64,000 nt of DNA from Vicinamibacteria bacterium. GTDB lineage: Bacteria > Acidobacteriota > Vicinamibacteria > Marinacidobacterales > Marinacidobacteraceae. Positions 58,587-64,000 of this stretch are shown piece by piece (positions within the stretch are counted from its first letter, which is position 1; each line of letters begins with the position of its first letter). Location of the stretch: the NCBI GenBank assembly GCA_963555995.3, contig OY821641.1:3232001-3296000 (forward strand), read 5' to 3'. Both the position numbers and the translations under genes were made by a program. Below the pieces are notes generated by a model. It was not told the DNA's origin. It searched no databases and was given only the letters and a program-made list of their open reading frames with translations.

Positions 58587-59840
58587 ATGGCACTCAGCAA
58601 GGAGCTTCGGATGACGATCAGGGCGCTTTCGGAGCGTGGTTGTTCCCGGCGTGAGATCGCGCGGGCGGCGCGGGTGAGCGAGCGTCAGGTTCGCTACGAG
58701 CTGGGTCGCGAGGAGGGTAGGCGCGACGGTCGCGGGAAGGTTGAGCGCGCTTCGAGGCTTGGGGAGGAGATCCGGGAGTGGTGCGCGGACTTTGCGGGGG
58801 GTCAGCCCTTGAACGCGACGGCGCTGCACGAGCATTTGGTGGCGGAGCACGGGTATGTGGGGAGCCTGCGGTCGGTGCAGCGGTATCTGCGTCGTCGGTT
58901 GGGTCCGGGCCGGGTACGGGCGCGGCGTCGGGTGGAGACGCCGCCGGGGGCGCAGGCGCAGGCGGACTGGGCGGAGGCGCCGGGGATGCTGGTTGGAGGC
59001 CGGCGGGGGGTAAGTGCGTTTGCGCTGCGGTTGAGCTTTTCGCGGAAGAGCGCGGTGGTGTGGTCCCCGTTGAAGGACACGCTGTCGTGGTTGTGGGTTC
59101 ACGGGCAGGCGTTTGTGCGTCTGAAGGGGGTGACGGCGACGGTACGGATGGACAACGTGAAGACGGCGATAGTGCGCGGCGCGGGGGTCTGGGGGGAGGT
59201 GAACCGGGCCTATTTGCGGTATGCGGAGGAGGCGCGGTTTCACATCGATCCCTGTCCGCCGCGGTCTCCGGAGGCGAAGGGGAAGGTGGAGCGAGGGATC
59301 CTGGACCTGCGGGGTTGGGGTCCGGGGCCGACGAGCGAGTGGTCGAGCCTGGAGGAGTTGCAGGCGTGGACGGACGCTCGGTTGCTGGAGTGGGAGTCGC
59401 GCCGGACGAGCCCGGCGACGGGGCGCGGGGTGTTGGAGAGTTGGGAGGAGGAGCAGGGGTATTTGGGGGACTGCACGGGGTTGCCGGAGCCGTTCGACCT
59501 GGTGGGGCTGCGGCCGGTGCGGAAGGACTGCACGGTGGCGTTCGACAGCCGGAGCTGGTCGGTGCCGTTCCGTCTGGTGGGGACCCGGGTGGAGGTGCGC
59601 CGGTGCGCGCGCCGGGTGCAGGTGTTGGATCGCGGGGAGGTGGTGGCGGAGCATCCCCGAGAGGGCAACTCCTTGCTTGTGCGCGACTTGTCGCATTACG
59701 AGGGGGCTTCGACGGGTCGGGTGATCGCGCCGGCGCCGCTGGGGCGGATGGGGCGTCGGCTGGAGGAGATCGGGGCGATGGCTCCGGAGGAACGTCCCCT
59801 GGATCTGTATGCGGCGCTGGCGGAGGTAGCGCGATGGTGA
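58587..59840 (+). CDS. istA: IS21 DDE transposase
   Basis: N-terminal HTH, ETPPG.QAQADW, DNVKTA, KGKVER. Confidence 0.95.
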   Translation: MALSKELRMTIRALSERGCSRREIARAARVSERQVRYELGREEGRRDGRGKVERASRLGEEIREWCADFAGGQPLNATALHEHLVAEHGYVGSLRSVQRYLRRRLGPGRVRARRRVETPPGAQAQADWAEAPGMLVGGRRGVSAFALRLSFSRKSAVVWSPLKDTLSWLWVHGQAFVRLKGVTATVRMDNVKTAIVRGAGVWGEVNRAYLRYAEEARFHIDPCPPRSPEAKGKVERGILDLRGWGPGPTSEWSSLEELQAWTDARLLEWESRRTSPATGRGVLESWEEEQGYLGDCTGLPEPFDLVGLRPVRKDCTVAFDSRSWSVPFRLVGTRVEVRRCARRVQVLDRGEVVAEHPREGNSLLVRDLSHYEGASTGRVIAPAPLGRMGRRLEEIGAMAPEERPLDLYAALAEVARW

Positions 59841-60691
59841 GTATGGATGTGGACCTGGACCTGGACCGGACGCGGCGGATCCTGGGAGAGCTCGGGATGC
59901 GGGAGGCATCGGCTCGGTTGTCCGAGTTGCTGACCGAGTGTGCGCGGGAGGAGCTGCCGGCGCATCGCCTGTTGGTTCGGGTCCTGGAGACGGAGAGGGA
60001 GTTCCGCCGGCAGCGGCGGCTGGAGATGGGGCTGCGGATGGCGGGGTTGCCTCTGGGACGGACCCTGGGGAACTTCGACTTCGGCTTCCAGCCGACGCTG
60101 GACCGGACGCGGGTGGAACTGTTGGGCACCTGCGGTTGGATCCGGGAGCGGCAGAACGTTCTGCTGCAGGGCCCGCCGGGGGTGGGGAAGACGCACCTGG
60201 CGGCGGGTCTGGGGATGCGGGCGCTGGAGAACGGGTTCCGGGTGGCGTTCTACCGGCTGGACGAGTTGCTGCGGACCCTGAAGCGGCATGAGGGGTCGAC
60301 GACGCCACGGGGGAACCGGCGGTATCTGTCGGCGTCGCTGTTGATCATCGACGAGATGGGCTACGAAGCCCTGGACGCGAAGGAAGCGAGTCAACTGTTC
60401 CGGTTGATCAACGACCGGCATGAGCGGGGGAGCGTGCTGGTCACGACGAACAAGGCGATCCGGGAATGGCCGGAGGTGCTGGCGGGGGACGCGGTGCTGG
60501 CGAGCGCGATCCTGGACCGGTTCCTGCACCGCTGCGTGGTCCTCGACATCCGTGGCCGCAGCTATCGGCTGCGGGATCTGGAGCAGAGCTTCCGGGAGCG
60601 CCAGGAGACGATCGCTCGATCCTTCCTCCTCCCGGAAGAGGCGGCCTCATCCCCCGCCGCGGCGCCGGCGGGGAAGGAGGGACGTCGGTGA
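59834..60691 (+). CDS. istB: IS21 helper AAA+ ATPase
   Basis: FDFGFQP, GPPGVGKTHLA, LLIIDEMGY, TTNK, AILDR..H, GRSYR. Confidence 0.96.
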   Translation: MVSMDVDLDLDRTRRILGELGMREASARLSELLTECAREELPAHRLLVRVLETEREFRRQRRLEMGLRMAGLPLGRTLGNFDFGFQPTLDRTRVELLGTCGWIRERQNVLLQGPPGVGKTHLAAGLGMRALENGFRVAFYRLDELLRTLKRHEGSTTPRGNRRYLSASLLIIDEMGYEALDAKEASQLFRLINDRHERGSVLVTTNKAIREWPEVLAGDAVLASAILDRFLHRCVVLDIRGRSYRLRDLEQSFRERQETIARSFLLPEEAASSPAAAPAGKEGRR

Positions 60692-61064
60692 GCGCTCTGG
60701 TCGCCCTCCGGGCTCCCGCCGCGCTCCCCAACGTCCCTCCTTCCCCGCCGAAACAGGCTCTCCAGGGTGACAAAGTAGGTGTCGTTTATCTGGGCCAAAC
60801 TAGGTGTCGCTTGACACGCGGGGCTCCGCACCGCGCACCTCCCTACTCCACCCGCAAAGACGGCCCCCAACTCCGCGCAGACCTCAACAGCGCCGGCGAC
60901 ACGCACCGCTCGGAGCGCCGGCCTCCAGACCGGCATCGCGCGGGAGCGCGAAACCCGCGCTGATGGTGCCCGGCCCGCCATCGGGCGGCCCGCTCACCGC
61001 CGGGGAGCCAACGCCCCGAACCAGTCCGCCACTTTCGACATACTTACACTCACCAAGGATCACC

Positions 61065-61340
61065 ATGTCCGATTCTGGACCGCTCACCACCACGATGGCG
61101 CCCGGGGGTCGGGTGCCCCTGCCCGAAACAATTCGCCGGGCGCTCGGCTGGAAGGATGGCGCACGCCTGATCGTGGAGCGAACTTCCGACGGCGTACTCC
61201 TGAAGACCGTCCCGATCTTCGCCCGAACCCGCGTTGAGGATGTGGCTGGCTGCCTCACATGGCGAGGCGCGCCACGATCGCTGGCCGAAATGGAAGCAGG
61301 TGTCCGGGCTGAAGCAGGACGGCACCACACTCGGCGTTGA
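61065..61340 (+). CDS. AbrB/MazE/SpoVT-family antitoxin
   Basis: TTM...GRV.LP.TIRRALGW.DGA.L.V......VLL; AAGGA RBS. Confidence 0.8.
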   Translation: MSDSGPLTTTMAPGGRVPLPETIRRALGWKDGARLIVERTSDGVLLKTVPIFARTRVEDVAGCLTWRGAPRSLAEMEAGVRAEAGRHHTRR

Positions 61341-61406
61341 TGAGCGCCGCAACTGCGCTGATAGCGTTCCGCCGGTTTCCGCCGAATCAAACCCGTGGGA
61401 TGATCC

Positions 61407-61832
61407 ATGAACACCGCGTTTCGCAGAGCCCCTTCTGCTCCTTGCCTCGTCGCCGCCGGCTCCGCCGCCGCGCGGGACTACGGCACAAGCAGCAACCTTG
61501 AAGTGTCCGCCACCGACGCCGAGCGCGCCGTGATCGAGGCGCTCCACCAGCGCGTTGTCCCCAATAGGGACCCGGCGCACACCGAATTCATCGTGGTCTG
61601 GAAGACCGGCACCTACGCCGAAGCGTGGGGCTTCCGGGATTGGGATTCCGCACTCCGCGAGGTCACCCCCGCGGACCGTTTCGACATCGTCAACCGCGAC
61701 CGCGCCGTGCTCCTCTCGGTAGTGGGCAGCAAGCCGATCGCCTCGGGAATCCGCCTCATCAACAGCTCCATTGACGCGATCCGGCTTGCCTTCTGCTCAT
61801 CGGGGGTTGTTTTTTGTGTCCCTAGGCCATGA
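61407..61832 (+). pseudogene. Probable N-terminal fragment of an M18-family aminopeptidase
   Basis: VNRDRAVLLSVVGSKPIASGIRLINSSIDAIRL resembles the M18 motif NR.K......VG..P...G.RI..AHIDSPRL; similarity stops at the switch to low-GC DNA. Confidence 0.5.
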
Positions 61833-61859
61833 CCACGCGGCTTGCCTTCCTTCGCCAGC

Positions 61860-62822
61860 ATGACGACAAAGCACGAGACCGAATACCGCCGCCCAACGGC
61901 TGTATCCCTGTTCTCGGGATGCGGGGGGTCAGATGCCGGCCTAGTGGCCGCAGGCTTTGATGTAGTCATGGCCAACGACAACTTTGCTTACGCGAAGGAC
62001 TTCTATAGGGCCAATCTTCCAGACACCGACTATCGCCTCTGCGATGTTACCGAAATCGACTCCTTCCCGTGCGTCGATCTGCTTGCCGGTTGCTATCCAT
62101 GCCAAGGGTTCAGCCAAGGCGGCGCCCGCGACCCACGGCGCAAACTCAACTATCTGTATCGGGAGTTCGATCGCGCGCTTCGCAAGATCAAGCCCAAGGC
62201 CTTCATTGTCGAGAACGTTCCTGGGATGAGCAGAAGGGACTTTCGTCACCTATTGAACAATCAGGTGATCCGATTCCGTCTTGCTGGGTACCGGGTTTCC
62301 CATAAGACGCTGGATGCGAAGCGCTACGGTCTCCCACAAGATCGCCAACGGATCTTTATCGTGGGCATACGGTCCGACTTGGGCACGATGTATACATTTC
62401 CGAAGCCTACTCACGGAGTCGGTGCAAAGGACATTCGTACCATTGCCGACGCCATCGGGTCGCTGCCGCACTGGCCGGACGACGAGGTCTGCCAGGATCC
62501 GTTTCACTGGTACTACCTGTCACGAAACAGATACAGACCATGGGATCAACCGAGCAAGACCATCGTGAGCAAAATGCGCCACATGCCGCTACATCCGGCC
62601 AGTCCGAAGCTACTACGAATCCATACGGACAAATGGATCTTTGAAGACGATTCGCCGGCTAGGAGATTCTCATTCCGTGAGGCTGCCCTTCTGCAGGGAT
62701 TCCCTGCCAATGTTAGGTTTCCCGACACAGCACCCATGTCCGCGAAGTACCGAGTGGTCGGCAACGCGGTCCCGCCTCCGCTTTTCCGCGCGGTGGCAGC
62801 ATCACTTCCCGACGTCTGGTAG
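61860..62822 (+). CDS. DNA (cytosine-5) methyltransferase
   Basis: LFSGCGG, PCQGFS, ENVPG, Q.RQRIFIVG, REAALLQGFP, GNAVPP; lower GC. Confidence 0.96.
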   Translation: MTTKHETEYRRPTAVSLFSGCGGSDAGLVAAGFDVVMANDNFAYAKDFYRANLPDTDYRLCDVTEIDSFPCVDLLAGCYPCQGFSQGGARDPRRKLNYLYREFDRALRKIKPKAFIVENVPGMSRRDFRHLLNNQVIRFRLAGYRVSHKTLDAKRYGLPQDRQRIFIVGIRSDLGTMYTFPKPTHGVGAKDIRTIADAIGSLPHWPDDEVCQDPFHWYYLSRNRYRPWDQPSKTIVSKMRHMPLHPASPKLLRIHTDKWIFEDDSPARRFSFREAALLQGFPANVRFPDTAPMSAKYRVVGNAVPPPLFRAVAASLPDVW

Positions 62823-62850
62823 AGGGCGGCAAACATCCGAGGACTGACCA

Positions 62851-63981
62851 ATGGCTGACTCCCAACCCGAAGTCGAAAACATGCCCGTGGCCTCCTTGCA
62901 GTTGGACTCGGAGAATCCGCGCTTCGGTGAACACCATGGAGAATCCCACAGTCAGGCCGAAATCCTTGGTCACATCGTTCGGACGTTCGGCGTGGATGAT
63001 CTCCTTAGTTCCTTGGCGGTGAACGGCTATTTCCACGCGGAGCCGCTCCTGTGTCGCCGAAATCCGCTCACCGACGAACTGATCGTTTCGGAGGGCAACC
63101 GGCGTCTGGCCGCGTGCCTCATTCTCATCGGGGACGATCGTGCAGCCAACCAAGAACGTCGCGCTAGCCGATTCCGGGCTATACACAAGAAGCATGGGAG
63201 TCCGACGATCGATCCGGTGCCCATTATCGAAATGGATGCGCGGGCCGACCGCAAGGAAATGTTGTCCTATCTTGGAGTGCGGCATATAGCTTCAGCGCAA
63301 CAGTGGGACTCATTCGCGAAGGCCGTCTGGATTGCTCGTGTCGTTCGCGAGACCGACCTGGATACGAACGCAATCGCCGAGATGATAGGTGACCAGCACC
63401 AAACGGTTACTCGTCTTCTACAGGGTTACTACTTCATCCAACAGCTTATCGGCAAAGGCTTGTTCAGACCGGAAGACAGTGCTAGAAGTGGCCGAGGGAG
63501 CAATATTCGCTATCCTTTTTCTTGGGTTTACACCGTCCTTGGCTACCGCAGTGTCCGCGACTATCTCGCTCTCGATGACGACGCAAAGAACGCGAAACCC
63601 GTCCCGGACGACCGCCTTGATGACGCGGGGTTTCTTGTTACCGCCCTGTTCGGCAATCGCGCGAAGGGTCGGAGTTCGGCGCTGACCGATTCCAGACAAC
63701 TGGGCGATCTAGCGGCGGCAGTGTCCGACTCAGCTAAGGTTGAACTATTGCGTAGCGGCAAGACTCTCAACGAGATCGCAGTCCTGACGTTGCCGTTGGA
63801 CGAGCGCCTCGCCGCGGGACTACTTGACGCTAGGCAGAACCTCGGCGACCTGAACAACCGACTCACGGAGCAGGATGTCCCCCCGCAGATCGCCACTCGT
63901 CACACTGAACAGAGTGAGCGCGTTGAACGACTCGCTGGTGAGGTCCATCGCAAGCTGAAGAACGCTGCAAGTAATGGATAA
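62851..63981 (+). CDS. ParB/Srx-like N-terminal domain protein (defence-associated type)
   Basis: LQLDSENPRF, VSEGNRRLAA, LGVRH......W; directly follows the methyltransferase. Confidence 0.8.
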   Translation: MADSQPEVENMPVASLQLDSENPRFGEHHGESHSQAEILGHIVRTFGVDDLLSSLAVNGYFHAEPLLCRRNPLTDELIVSEGNRRLAACLILIGDDRAANQERRASRFRAIHKKHGSPTIDPVPIIEMDARADRKEMLSYLGVRHIASAQQWDSFAKAVWIARVVRETDLDTNAIAEMIGDQHQTVTRLLQGYYFIQQLIGKGLFRPEDSARSGRGSNIRYPFSWVYTVLGYRSVRDYLALDDDAKNAKPVPDDRLDDAGFLVTALFGNRAKGRSSALTDSRQLGDLAAAVSDSAKVELLRSGKTLNEIAVLTLPLDERLAAGLLDARQNLGDLNNRLTEQDVPPQIATRHTEQSERVERLAGEVHRKLKNAASNG

Positions 63982-64000
63982 CTCCTACTCCAACCGCCAC
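63974..64000 (+). CDS. Possible start of a third coupled ORF (MDNSYSNRH...), truncated by the window
   Basis: ATG overlapping the last 8 bp of the ParB-like gene; only 9 codons visible. Confidence 0.4.

Larger units (their letters stand above)
58488..60816 (+). mobile_element. Complete IS21-family insertion sequence, 2329 bp, 5-bp TSD CGCGG
   Basis: TG...CA ends; about 50-bp imperfect IRs (58488-58537, 60766-60816) with internal AACGACA repeats; cgcgg at 58483-58487 and 60817-60821. Confidence 0.95.
58333..60936 (+). repeat. 121-bp tandem REP-containing repeat (two units plus a third arm) interrupted by IS21
   Basis: Unit 1 58333-58453; unit 2 58454-58487 + 60822-60908 (121 bp once the IS and one TSD are removed); third arm from 60909. 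Confidence 0.88.

Noticed and set aside
58333-60936. Regularly spaced palindromic repeats as a CRISPR array
   Set aside because: The spacers are homologous to each other and too long, the same arm is dispersed across the window, and no cas genes are present

Overview
High-GC bacterial DNA. A sup-type PKS and the mfd-PPIase-surA layout suggest a sponge-associated, probably Acidobacteriota, symbiont (inference only). From left to right: the 3' end of mfd and two SurA/parvulin-type PPIases; a lower-GC defence islet (two DUF262/GmrSD-like genes, a frameshifted PD-(D/E)xK gene, an orphan XRE antitoxin); moaA, a double-FKBP lipoprotein, a D-aminoacylase, trxA, a CDF transporter, a PD40/CehA-McbA hydrolase, a QhpG-like flavoprotein and an AAA/PD-(D/E)xK gene. 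Next come a 10-kb SupA-like type I PKS with a convergent ACP and alpha/beta hydrolase, a Tat-exported DSD1-like PLP enzyme, a quinohemoprotein amine dehydrogenase cluster (qhpADCB-F-E), FdhF/YdeP-mobA-phoA, four tandem paralogous secreted proteins with hypervariable loops, and thiI with tRNA-Lys and tRNA-Arg. The right end holds catabolic and transport genes, a complete IS21 element (5-bp TSD) inside a 121-bp tandem repeat, and the start of a second lower-GC islet (C5 methyltransferase plus ParB-like gene). Many intergenic gaps carry a modular REP/REPIN-like palindromic family. Best leads: the four-paralog variable-loop array, the QhpC variant with a possible fourth thioether cross-link, and the REPIN cassette whose core appears inverted or exchanged between copies. 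All calls come from reading motifs by eye; no searches were run, and reference sequences are recalled from memory.
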